Source: Microthrixaceae bacterium (GTDB lineage: Bacteria; Actinomycetota; Acidimicrobiia; Acidimicrobiales; DATDAH01). Taken from it: 64,000 nt of DNA. Below, piece after piece: positions 36,323 through 44,799 of the stretch. Each line of letters opens with the position of its first letter. The first letter of the stretch is position 1. The notes under the pieces were generated by a model. The model did no database searches and was not told the origin of the DNA. It saw only the letters and a list, made by a program, of their open reading frames with translations. A program made the position numbers and the translations under genes. The DNA is taken from positions 2,299 to 66,298 of the forward strand of contig JACJWK010000002.1 of NCBI GenBank assembly GCA_020637195.1. Reading direction: 5' to 3'.

Positions 36323-37054
36323 GTGACCACCAGGCCCGGGACCCTCGACGCAGGCGGGACCGTCGACGCGGCGTCACCCGCGATCGAGGCGGTGGAGCTG
36401 CGCCGCGAGTACGGCCAGGGGGCGACCGCGGTCGTCGCGGTCGACGGCGTGTCGTTCACCGTCGCCGCCGGGGCGATGGTCTGCATCATGGGCAAGAGCG
36501 GCTCGGGCAAGTCGACGCTGCTCCGCCAGCTCGGGCTGATCGACGTGCCCACGTCGGGCACCCTGCGGCTCGAGGGCGCCGACGTGGCGGCACTCGACGA
36601 ACGGCGCCGCTCGGCGCTGCGCCTCGACCGGCTCGGGTACGTGTTCCAGGAGTACGCGTTGCTCCCGGAGCTGACCGCGGCCGAGAACGTGGCCCTCCCC
36701 GCCCTGATGCGCGGCGCACGGCGTTGGTCGGCGCGGGCCCGTGCCGACGACCTCCTCGCCCTCGTCGACCTCGGCGACCGCGCCGACCACCGCCCCAACG
36801 AGATGTCCGGAGGCCAGCAGCAGCGGGTGGCCATCGCCCGGGCGCTCGTCAACCGCCCGGGGATCCTCTTCGCCGACGAGCCCACCGGCAACCTCGACTC
36901 GCGGGCCACCGAGACCGTCATGGAGGCGCTCGTGCGCATGAACCAGGAGCTCGGGGTGACGATCGTCTTCGTGTCGCACGACCCCGACCACCGCGACTAC
37001 GCGTCCGACCTCGTGTACCTGCGCGACGGCCGCCTCGTGGAGCCGTACTTCTGA
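36323..37054 (+). CDS. ABC transporter ATP-binding protein (MacB/LolD-like)
   Basis: Walker A GKSGSGKST, signature MSGGQQQRV, Walker B ILFADEPT. TACGGT box 6 nt before GTG 36323. Confidence 0.9.
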   Translation: MTTRPGTLDAGGTVDAASPAIEAVELRREYGQGATAVVAVDGVSFTVAAGAMVCIMGKSGSGKSTLLRQLGLIDVPTSGTLRLEGADVAALDERRRSALRLDRLGYVFQEYALLPELTAAENVALPALMRGARRWSARARADDLLALVDLGDRADHRPNEMSGGQQQRVAIARALVNRPGILFADEPTGNLDSRATETVMEALVRMNQELGVTIVFVSHDPDHRDYASDLVYLRDGRLVEPYF

Positions 37055-38328
37055 TGGGTGCGCCCGCCGCCCTCCGGCCCGACGGCATCGACGCCGGCCC
37101 GGTCGCGGAGGTGGCCGTCGCCCCTCCGGTCCGGTGGCGGTCGGGCCGCACCGCGCTGTTCCTCGGGACCCGCTCGATCACCCGGGGCAACCTCGGCGTG
37201 CTGGCCCTGACCGTGGCGATGATGGCCCTCGTCTACGCCCAGCTGCTCTTCATCCCGGCCCTCATCCAGGGGGCGATCGAGGGCATCGAGGGCGAGTTGC
37301 GCTCGACGGTCACCGGCGACCTCGTGGTCACCCCGACCGGCGAGGACCTGGTCCTCGAGGACGCCGCGGGCGTGACGGACGCGCTGCGCTCGGTCCCCGG
37401 GGTCGAGGCGGCCACCGCCGCGATGCTCGCGGGCAACCAGGTGTCGTCGGGCACCCGCACCAACTCCTGGCCGGTGCTGGCCGTCGACCCCGATGGCTAC
37501 GGCCGGGTGTTCGCCACGCCGGAGCACCTGGTCGAGGGTCGCTTCCTCGAGCCCGGCGACCGGGACCGCGTCGTGCTCGGCATCGGCATCGCCGGCGCGG
37601 ACCGGGAGGGCCTCCAGGCATCGCTGCGCTCGGTGCACGCCGGTGACGTCGTCACCCTCACCCTCGTCGACGGCTCCCGCCACGAGTACGAGGTGGTCGG
37701 CATCTACGAGGACGAGCTGGTTCAGGCCAACGCCCGGGCGTTCGTGACCGCCGGCGACGCCACCGCCAAGGTGCCCGCGCTGGCCGGGCGGGCCACGTCG
37801 GTCGCGGTGCGCGCGGACGGCACCGACGTCGCGACCGTGGCGGCGGCGGTGGCCGACCGGGTCGACGGCGTCCGCGTCGACACCTGGGAGGAACTGGGCG
37901 GCAGCCTCGACGAGCAGGTGGCGTCGTTCCGGCTCATCGGCCGCATCCTCGGCGGCGTGTCGCTCTTCGTCGCCGCCATCACGGTCTTCATCGTCACCTA
38001 CGTCGATCTCGCCGCGAAGCGGCGCACCATCGGCATCGAGCGGGCCATCGGCATCACGCCCCGGGCGGTGGTCGGCAGCTACGCCCTGCGGGCCGTCGTG
38101 TTCGGGCTGTCCGGTGTGTCCCTGGGCGCGGCCCTCGTGCTGCTCGGCGTGGTGCCGTTCTTCGAGCGCCACCCGCTGTCGTTCCCCACCGGGCCCGTCT
38201 CGCTGTCGGTCACGGGCGAGGTGCTGCGCCGGAACGCGGCGGTCATGCTGGCGGTGGCGGTCGTCGGTGCGCTGCTGCCGGCCTGGCGGGCCGTGCGCAC
38301 CCGCCTGTTCGACGCGATCTGGGGCTGA
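37054..38328 (+). CDS. ABC transporter permease (FtsX/MacB-type)
   Basis: ATG 37054 overlaps the stop by 1 nt (TGATG). An N-terminal TM helix, a large periplasmic loop and a C-terminal FtsX-like 3-TM bundle (...RRTIGIERAIGITPR...). Confidence 0.85.
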   Translation: MGAPAALRPDGIDAGPVAEVAVAPPVRWRSGRTALFLGTRSITRGNLGVLALTVAMMALVYAQLLFIPALIQGAIEGIEGELRSTVTGDLVVTPTGEDLVLEDAAGVTDALRSVPGVEAATAAMLAGNQVSSGTRTNSWPVLAVDPDGYGRVFATPEHLVEGRFLEPGDRDRVVLGIGIAGADREGLQASLRSVHAGDVVTLTLVDGSRHEYEVVGIYEDELVQANARAFVTAGDATAKVPALAGRATSVAVRADGTDVATVAAAVADRVDGVRVDTWEELGGSLDEQVASFRLIGRILGGVSLFVAAITVFIVTYVDLAAKRRTIGIERAIGITPRAVVGSYALRAVVFGLSGVSLGAALVLLGVVPFFERHPLSFPTGPVSLSVTGEVLRRNAAVMLAVAVVGALLPAWRAVRTRLFDAIWG

Positions 38329-38365
38329 GCGCCCGGGCCCGCCCGCGCCCCGGCGCGGTGCCACC

Positions 38366-38833
38366 ATGGGTGGGACGACCGAGGAGGACGCGCGTGGGCA
38401 CGGGCAGACGGGTGAGGGGCGACCGGGCGGTGCGACGGTGATCGACGACGCCACCGTCGCGCGGCTGGGCCGCCACTGGGAGCAGGGCTGGAACGGACCC
38501 GACCTCGAGGTGATCATGGCGCCGTTCGCCGAGGACGTCGTGTTCAGCTCGCCGTTCGTGCCCCGGATGACGGGCGATCCCGAGGACGACACGATCGTGG
38601 GGCGGGTGATGCTGCGGGCGTACCTGACCGCGGCGCTCGAGCGCGCGTCGGACGTCCGCTACACCCTCCACGCCGCCTACGCGGGCACCGACACCGTGGT
38701 GCTCGTGTACACCTGCCACCTCCCGGGCGGTGTGGACCAGCCCGGCGCCGACCTGATGCGGGTCGACGCCGCGGGCCGGGTGGTCGAGTGGCGCTGCCAC
38801 TACGGCACCGACCCCACCGGCTGGCGGCCGTAG
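38366..38833 (+). CDS. SnoaL-like/NTF2-fold protein
   Basis: About 155 aa. WEQGWNGPDLEVIMAPFAEDVVF...VVEWRCHY fits the NTF2-like pattern. Start is uncertain. Confidence 0.5.
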   Translation: MGGTTEEDARGHGQTGEGRPGGATVIDDATVARLGRHWEQGWNGPDLEVIMAPFAEDVVFSSPFVPRMTGDPEDDTIVGRVMLRAYLTAALERASDVRYTLHAAYAGTDTVVLVYTCHLPGGVDQPGADLMRVDAAGRVVEWRCHYGTDPTGWRP

Positions 38834-38857
38834 CGCCGGCGGCACCGACGGGCCGCG

Positions 38858-40441
38858 TCAGCCGATCAGGGAGTCGTGGCCCTCCCAGTAGCGCGCCCGG
38901 AGGCGGCGCTTGTAGAGCTTGCCGTTCGGGTCCCGGGGCAGCTCGTCCACGAGGTCGACCGACCTCGGGCACTTGTAGTCGGCGAGCTCCGCGCGGCAGT
39001 GGGCGAGCAGCTCCCCCTCGACCTCGGGGCCCGCCGCCGACGGGTCGGCGAGCTGCACGACCGCCTTCACGACCTCGCCCCGGTCGGGGTCGGGCACGCC
39101 GATGACGGCCACGTCGAGCACGGCCGGGTGGGCGGCGAGGACGTTCTCGGCCTCCTGGGGATAGATGTTGACCCCGCCGGAGATGATCATGTGGGCCTGG
39201 CGGTCGGTGAGGTACAAGAAGCCGTCGTCGTCGAGGCGGCCGATGTCGCCGAGCGTGCGCCAGCCCCGCTCGTTGGCGATCGACGCGGTCTTCTCGGGGT
39301 CGCCGTGGTACTCGAAGGGCCGCCCCCCGGCGAAGTAGACGACGCCGGTCTCACCCGTCGGAACCTCCTCGCCGTCGGGGCCGACGATGTGGCAGGCCTC
39401 CCGGGGCCGGCCCACCGATCCCGGGTGCGCGAGCCACTCCTCGGGGCCGATGGCGGTGCTTCCGATGTCCTCGGTGCCGGCGTAGTACTCGTGGATGATC
39501 GGTCCCCACCAGTCGAGCATCTGGCGCTTGACCGGGACGGGGCACGGTGCCGCCGCGTGCGACACGTGCCGGAGGCTCGACACGTCGTAGCGGTCGCGCA
39601 CCTCGGGCGGCAGGCGCAGGAGTCGCACGAACATGGTCGGGACGAACTGGGCGTGGGTCACCCGGTGGCGCTCGATCAGGGCGAGGCAGTCCTCGGGATC
39701 GAAGCGCTCCATGACCACCACGGCGGCCCCCAGGCGGTGCATCGACTGGGAGAAGACCAGCGGGGCCGAGTGGTACAGCGGTGCGGGGCACAGGTACACG
39801 GAGTCCGCGCCGACGCCCATGGCGGCGATGCCCATCGTGATCTGCACGGGCGCCGCCGTCGGGTCGCCGAGAGGGGTGCCGGGCCGGGGCTTGCGCACGC
39901 CCTTGGGGCGGCCCGTGGTGCCGGAGGAGTAGAGCATCTCCCGCCCCTCCTGCTCGTCCTCGAGGGGGCCGGGGGCGGTGGCGGCGAGCACGTCGTCGTA
40001 CGCCTCGAAGCCCTGGAGGGGCCCGGTGGTGGCGATGCGGACGGGGACCCGGTCGAGGTCCAGGCCCTCGACCACGTCGGCGAGGGCCTCGCCCGTCACG
40101 AGGGCGGTGGCCCCGCAGTCGTCGAGGACGTACTGCACCTCGGCGGTGGTGAGGTGGCGGTTGACGGCGGTGTAGTGCAGCCCCGAGCGCTGGGCCGCCC
40201 AGGCGACCTCGAGGTAGGCCCGCTCGTTGGGCAGCAGGATCGCGATCGAGTCGCCGACGGCGAGACCTCGCTCGCGGAGGGCCCGGGCGAGCCGGATCGA
40301 GCGGTCCTCCAGCTGCGCGTACGTCGTCACCTCGCCGGTACCGCCCATCACGATGGCGGCCGCGTCGGGGGTACGCGTCGCGTGGCTCGCCGGTGAGAGC
40401 GCCCCGCCGTCCCCCTCGGTCGTCGGCCCCCGGCTGGGCAA
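38858..40441 (-). CDS. acyl-CoA synthetase (AMP-forming, ANL superfamily)
   Basis: YSSGTTGRPKGV, YYAGTE, GDIGRLDDDGFLYLTDR, PRDPNGK. Start is uncertain: TTG 40441 or a later ATG. Confidence 0.85.
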   Translation of the reverse strand: MPSRGPTTEGDGGALSPASHATRTPDAAAIVMGGTGEVTTYAQLEDRSIRLARALRERGLAVGDSIAILLPNERAYLEVAWAAQRSGLHYTAVNRHLTTAEVQYVLDDCGATALVTGEALADVVEGLDLDRVPVRIATTGPLQGFEAYDDVLAATAPGPLEDEQEGREMLYSSGTTGRPKGVRKPRPGTPLGDPTAAPVQITMGIAAMGVGADSVYLCPAPLYHSAPLVFSQSMHRLGAAVVVMERFDPEDCLALIERHRVTHAQFVPTMFVRLLRLPPEVRDRYDVSSLRHVSHAAAPCPVPVKRQMLDWWGPIIHEYYAGTEDIGSTAIGPEEWLAHPGSVGRPREACHIVGPDGEEVPTGETGVVYFAGGRPFEYHGDPEKTASIANERGWRTLGDIGRLDDDGFLYLTDRQAHMIISGGVNIYPQEAENVLAAHPAVLDVAVIGVPDPDRGEVVKAVVQLADPSAAGPEVEGELLAHCRAELADYKCPRSVDLVDELPRDPNGKLYKRRLRARYWEGHDSLIG

Positions 40442-40455
40442 CTGGCCGGTCCCGG

Positions 40456-40683
40456 TCAGCCGGGGTAGCAGGCGCACCCGCCGCCGCACGGGCCCGCGGG
40501 CGGGCCGGCGCTGGGCGAGGGGCCCGCGGCGGTGGCCGAGCCGACCGAGGCGAACACGCTCAGCAGGCGGGTGGTGTCGTCGTGGCCGGCAGGGCACGGC
40601 GCGGGCTCGTCCGCGGCGGCCATGGCCCGGCGGAGCTCGAACGTGTCCCCGCAGGCGCGGCAGCGGTACTCGTAGGTCGGCAT
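40456..40683 (-). CDS. FmdB-family zinc-ribbon protein
   Basis: MPTYEYRCRACGDTFE...CPAGH..., with a Gly/Cys-rich tail GPCGGGCACYPG. 75 aa. Confidence 0.8.
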   Translation of the reverse strand: MPTYEYRCRACGDTFELRRAMAAADEPAPCPAGHDDTTRLLSVFASVGSATAAGPSPSAGPPAGPCGGGCACYPG

Positions 40684-40783
40684 CGGCCGCGATGCTACCG
40701 GCGACCCACACCCGCCACCGGTTCGGCCGGGCCCGACCGGCGGTGCGAGACTCGCCCGACGCGCACGGACGGAGGAAGGCCGG

Positions 40784-41545
40784 ATGGGAGCTCGCTTCGA
40801 GGGCAAGGTGGCGCTGGTCACGGGGGCCGGGTCGGGGATCGGCCGGGCGGTCACCCTGCGCCTGCTCGACGAGGGCGCGTCGGTGCTCGCCGTCGACGTC
40901 GACCCCGCCGGCCTCGAGGACACCGCCGGCTTCGGCGCCCTGGCCGAGGGTGCGGGCGAGCTGGCCACCGCGGTCGCGGACCTGCGTGACCCCGACACGT
41001 GCGTGTCGACGGTCCACACCGCCGTCGGGCGCTTCGGTCGACTCGACGTGCTCGGCAACGTGGCCGGCGTCCTCGTCGCATCGCATGCGACCGACCTCAC
41101 CCGCGAGCAGTACCGGACGGTCATGGCGGTCAACCTCGACGCGCCCTTCTTCCTGTCGCAGGCGGCCATCCCGCACCTGCTCCAGTCCGAGGGCAACATC
41201 GTCAACATCGCGTCGAACGCCGGGCTGCAGGGCGTGCCCTACGTCGTGGCCTACTGCATGAGCAAGGGCGGCCTCGTGCAGCTCACCCGGGCCCTCGCCA
41301 CCGAGTACCTGAAGACGCCGCTGCGGGTGAACGCCATCGCGCCGGCGGGCACCCGCACCAACATCGCCGCCACCGCAGCCTTCCCCGCAGACCTCGACGC
41401 CGAGCTGGCCGGGCGCATGGTGGGTCACCGGGGGATGACCGAGCCGGAGGAGGTCGCGGCGCTGTTCGCCTACCTGGCGTCGGACGAGGCCCGGTCGGTC
41501 ACCGGCGCGGTCTACACCATCGACAACGGCCTCACCGCGAGCTGA
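40784..41545 (+). CDS. short-chain dehydrogenase/reductase (SDR)
   Basis: VTGAGSGIG and YCMSKGG (YxxxK). Confidence 0.9.
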   Translation: MGARFEGKVALVTGAGSGIGRAVTLRLLDEGASVLAVDVDPAGLEDTAGFGALAEGAGELATAVADLRDPDTCVSTVHTAVGRFGRLDVLGNVAGVLVASHATDLTREQYRTVMAVNLDAPFFLSQAAIPHLLQSEGNIVNIASNAGLQGVPYVVAYCMSKGGLVQLTRALATEYLKTPLRVNAIAPAGTRTNIAATAAFPADLDAELAGRMVGHRGMTEPEEVAALFAYLASDEARSVTGAVYTIDNGLTAS

Positions 41546-41547
41546 CC

Positions 41548-42471
41548 GTGAAGATCGTCGTGGTCGGGACCGGGGCCATGGGCTCGGTCTACGCCGGGCT
41601 GCTCGCCGCGGCCGGCAACGAGGTGTGGGCCGTCGACCGGTGGGTGGAGCACACCGACGCCATCGCCTCGTCGGGCCTGCGGGTGTCGGGCGCCAGCGGC
41701 GACCGGGTCGTCGAGGGCCTCGCGACGGGCGGCCGGCCCGCCGACGCCGGGTCGGCCGACCTGTGGCTGGTCGCCACCAAGGCCGCCGACGTCGACGCCG
41801 CGGCGGCCGAGATCGCCCCGCAGTTGCGCCCGGACGACCTCGTCGTCGCCTTCCAGAACGGGCTCGGCGCCGGCGAGCGCGTGGCCCGCCACGTTCCCGC
41901 CGACCAGGTGCTGATCGGCATCGCCGAGGGCTTCGGCTCGTCGATCCCCGAGCCGGGTCACGTCCACCACGAGGGCATGCGGCTGATCCGGCTGGGCGAG
42001 CTCCACGGCGGGCTCACCGACCGGCTCCTGGCGGTGGAGGCGGTGTGGCGCGAGGCGGGCTTCGAGGTGAAGGCCTACGAGGACCTCACCCTCATGATCT
42101 GGGAGAAGTTCCTCTGCAACGTCACCCTGAGCGCTCCCACCGCGGTCTTCGACATGACCGTCGGCGAGCTCATGGCCGACGAGGCGGCGTGGGCGGTCGC
42201 CCTCGGCTGCACCGCGGAGGCGTACCGCGCCGGTGTCGCCGCGGGAGTGGCGTTCCCCTTCGACGACCCCGTCCGCTACGTCAGCGAGTTCGCCGCCACC
42301 ATCCCCGACGCCAGCCCGTCGATGCGCCTCGACCACCGGGCCGGGCGCCGCTCCGAGGTCGACGTCATCAACGGCGCCGTGGTCGACCTGAGCCGGGAGC
42401 TCGGCCTCGAGGCGCCGTACAACCAGACGCTGTGCGCCGTCCTGCGCCGGCGCGAGGCGGCGTTCGGCTGA
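41548..42471 (+). CDS. panE: 2-dehydropantoate 2-reductase (ApbA/PanE family)
   Basis: IVVVGTGAMGS, ...WEKFLCN..., SMRLDHRAGRRSEVDVINGAVV. Confidence 0.8.
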   Translation: MKIVVVGTGAMGSVYAGLLAAAGNEVWAVDRWVEHTDAIASSGLRVSGASGDRVVEGLATGGRPADAGSADLWLVATKAADVDAAAAEIAPQLRPDDLVVAFQNGLGAGERVARHVPADQVLIGIAEGFGSSIPEPGHVHHEGMRLIRLGELHGGLTDRLLAVEAVWREAGFEVKAYEDLTLMIWEKFLCNVTLSAPTAVFDMTVGELMADEAAWAVALGCTAEAYRAGVAAGVAFPFDDPVRYVSEFAATIPDASPSMRLDHRAGRRSEVDVINGAVVDLSRELGLEAPYNQTLCAVLRRREAAFG

Positions 42472-42568
42472 GCGACGCCACGGCCCGATGAGCCTCGGGC
42501 TCGTGCTCCGTCGGAGCAGCGTGAGCACCCGAGCGCCGACCCGGCCGCGCTCCCTACCCTGGGACGCG

Positions 42569-43567
42569 ATGGCCCTCCCCGAGACCGACACCACGCTGGA
42601 CCTCGAGCCGTTCCGCCGCGAGCTGACCGGCTACTGCTACCGGATGCTGGGGTCGGGCTCGGAGGCCGAGGACGCCGTCCAGGAGACGATGGTGCGCGCC
42701 TGGCGCAACGCCGATCGCTTCGAGGGGCGTTCCAGCCTGCGGACCTGGGTGTACCGCATCGCCACCAACGTGTGCATCGACATGAGCCGCCAGGTGCAGC
42801 GCCGCGCCCGGCCGATGGAGCTCGGGCCGTCGTCGCCGCCCGACGAGCGGCTGCTCGGGCCGCCCACGCCCGAGGCGATGTGGGTGACGCCGATGGCGGA
42901 CGACCGCGTCGCGCCGGAGACATCGGACCCGGCCGACGTGGCCCACCACCGCGAGACGATCCGCCTGGCCTTCGTCACCGCGCTCCAGCACCTCCCCGCC
43001 AAGCAGCGGGCCGCCCTGATCCTCTGCGAGGTCCTGCGCTGGCCGGCGGCCGAGGCCGCGGAGCTGCTCGAGACGACCGTGGCGTCGGTCAACAGCGCAC
43101 TGCAGCGGGCGCGGGCGACCATGGCGTCGCTGCCCGACCCGTCCGCCCACCCCGTCGACCTCGGCGACGTCGACGCCGCCCTGCTCGCGCGCTACGTCGA
43201 CGCCTTCGAGCGCTACGACATCGAGACGCTGGTGACCCTGCTGCACGAGGACGCCATCCAGTCGATGCCCCCGTTCGAGCTCTGGCTCCAGGGGGCCCGC
43301 GACATCGGCGCCTGGATGGTCGAGCCGGGGCCGAGCGGGTGCCGGGGCTCGCGCCTGGTGGCGACCCGGGCCAACGGGTGCCCCGCGTTCGGCCAGTACC
43401 GCCCCGACCCCGCCGGCGGGTGGGCGCCGTGGGCCATCCAGGTGCTGCACGTGTCAGGCGGGCGGATCGCCGAGATGAGCTTCTTCCTCGACCTGCTCGA
43501 CCCCGGCCGGGTGTTCCCCGAGTTCGGGCTGCCCGCCCACCTCGACGCATCGCCACTCGACGGATAG
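42569..43567 (+). CDS. ECF sigma factor with SnoaL-like C-terminal domain (SigJ/SigG-type)
   Basis: Region 2 DAVQETMVRAWRNADRF...WVYRIATNVCID. Region 4 LPAKQRAALILCEVLRWPAAEAAELL. C-terminal NTF2-like extension. Confidence 0.85.
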   Translation: MALPETDTTLDLEPFRRELTGYCYRMLGSGSEAEDAVQETMVRAWRNADRFEGRSSLRTWVYRIATNVCIDMSRQVQRRARPMELGPSSPPDERLLGPPTPEAMWVTPMADDRVAPETSDPADVAHHRETIRLAFVTALQHLPAKQRAALILCEVLRWPAAEAAELLETTVASVNSALQRARATMASLPDPSAHPVDLGDVDAALLARYVDAFERYDIETLVTLLHEDAIQSMPPFELWLQGARDIGAWMVEPGPSGCRGSRLVATRANGCPAFGQYRPDPAGGWAPWAIQVLHVSGGRIAEMSFFLDLLDPGRVFPEFGLPAHLDASPLDG

Positions 43568-43816
43568 GGACAGGCCCGCCAGCTCCACGAGCTCGCGGAG
43601 CTCGGGCCGCGCCTCCTCGACCATCAAGCGGGCGCCGCGGCGTCGAGCCACCAGCGCCAGCCGGGCCACGACGTCGACCGCGTCGAGGTCGGGTGGGCCG
43701 AAGCCGCGCAGCGTGCGTCGTGCCACCACGCGCCCGTCGGGCGTCACCACCCGCAGGCGGCACCAGGGTCGGGGTGCGGCCACGAGAGAGGGACGGCGCC
43801 CACCGCCGTCGCTCAT
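43454..43816 (-). CDS. small STAS-like (anti-sigma-antagonist-like) protein, tentative
   Basis: ATG 43816, 6 nt after GAGGTG. ...PPDLDAVDVVARLALVARRRGARLMVEEARPELRELVELAGL... resembles small actinobacterial STAS-domain proteins (from memory). The 3' 114 nt run antisense through the end of the sigma gene. Confidence 0.4.
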   Translation of the reverse strand: MSDGGGRRPSLVAAPRPWCRLRVVTPDGRVVARRTLRGFGPPDLDAVDVVARLALVARRRGARLMVEEARPELRELVELAGLSLSVEWRCVEVGGQPELGEHPAGVEQVEEEAHLGDPPA

Positions 43817-43846
43817 CGGTGACACCTCGGGTCCTACGGTGGCCCG

Positions 43847-44575
43847 GTGGCCGAGCGCGACCTCTACCTGCACGAGGTGATCGACATCGTCGGGCAGGGC
43901 CAGTACGAGTACATGGCCCACGCCGCCCGCGAGCCGACGAACGCGATGCCCGACATGCTCACGCTCCAGGGCACGTTCTTCGTGTGCGCCGTCGGCGGTG
44001 GGCGCTGGCCCCAGGTCGTCAACCTCTGGGACGTGGGCGAGGCCGGCTGGGACGGCTGGGCCGCCAACGTCGACCGCCTCAACCTGAAGCGGCGCGCGGC
44101 CTTCTACGGGGACTGGTGGGACGAGGCCGCCCAGTGGCGCACCGGCGGACTCGACCGGCTGTGCGGCGGCGTGGCGGGCAGCCCGACGACCGCGTCGCTC
44201 GCCGCCGCCGGGGTGCGGGGCACGCTGTTCGTGCACCAGCTGCTGACGGTGCGCCCGGGCGCGGCCCTCGACTACCTCGACGCCGTCGTCGCCGAGCAGG
44301 TGCCCGTGTGGCGTGACCACGGCCACGAGCCGACCGGGATCTACGAGGTGCTCTCCAACCAGCACGAGGTCGTGGTGGTCTGGGCGACCTCGATCGCGGC
44401 GCAGACCGGGTTGCGGCGGTCCCGTGACGCGCCCGGGGGCTCCTGTCCGGCCAGGCGGGTGCGCCTGAGGGCGACGAGCGCCTCGTGGCCTGGGAGCGCA
44501 CCGCCGCCGAGTACGTCACCGGCGGCGACACTCCACCCCATGACCCCATGCCCGGCACCGCTCCATAGCCCCTGA
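43847..44575 (+). CDS. hypothetical protein (possibly NIPSNAP/dimeric alpha-beta-barrel-like); 3' end appears frame-disturbed
   Basis: TACGGT box 6 nt before GTG 43847. The sequence is protein-like up to about aa 190 (...VVVVWATS...). After that the called frame becomes Arg/Ser/Pro-rich, while another frame reads ...GDERLVAWERTAAEYVTGG... Confidence 0.5.
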   Translation: MAERDLYLHEVIDIVGQGQYEYMAHAAREPTNAMPDMLTLQGTFFVCAVGGGRWPQVVNLWDVGEAGWDGWAANVDRLNLKRRAAFYGDWWDEAAQWRTGGLDRLCGGVAGSPTTASLAAAGVRGTLFVHQLLTVRPGAALDYLDAVVAEQVPVWRDHGHEPTGIYEVLSNQHEVVVVWATSIAAQTGLRRSRDAPGGSCPARRVRLRATSASWPGSAPPPSTSPAATLHPMTPCPAPLHSP

Positions 44576-44626
44576 CGACTGGGAAGAGGCCGACCTCGCC
44601 GACTGGCTCGGGTGAGGCAGCGGACA

Positions 44627-44674
44627 CGTTCTGGCTCCCCGATTTCGGTGCCAGGGCACCGAAATCGGAGCCAG
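44627..44674. repeat. palindromic element copy 1 (core GATTTCGGTGCC-AG-GGCACCGAAATC at 44641-44666)
   Basis: Read directly from the sequence. The 26-nt core is identical to 54446-54471. Outer arms CTGGCTCC/GGAGCCAG extend the stem. Confidence 0.9.
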
Positions 44675-44799
44675 TCCGGTGGACGGTGACGGATCGGTCG
44701 GGCCGGTTCCGGCCGACGGCACCGCAGGCGCCGCCGACGAGCAGGGGCTGGCGGTCGGCGTCGTCCTGGGGCCGTGGTTGCGCGCGCCGGTGCCGGTCG

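Noticed and set aside
43817-44365. Upper part of the 303-aa minus-strand ORF 43454-44365.
   Set aside because: It is antisense to the protein-like plus-strand gene 43847-44575 and has wrong-frame composition. Only the segment downstream of ATG 43816 is retained, as a tentative gene.
44641-44666. The palindrome core as a sequencing or cloning adapter or paired-end linker left in the assembly.
   Set aside because: It does not match any adapter or linker sequence I can recall. Both copies have diverged, genome-like flanks. I cannot exclude this without a database search, so it is kept as a caveat in the findings.
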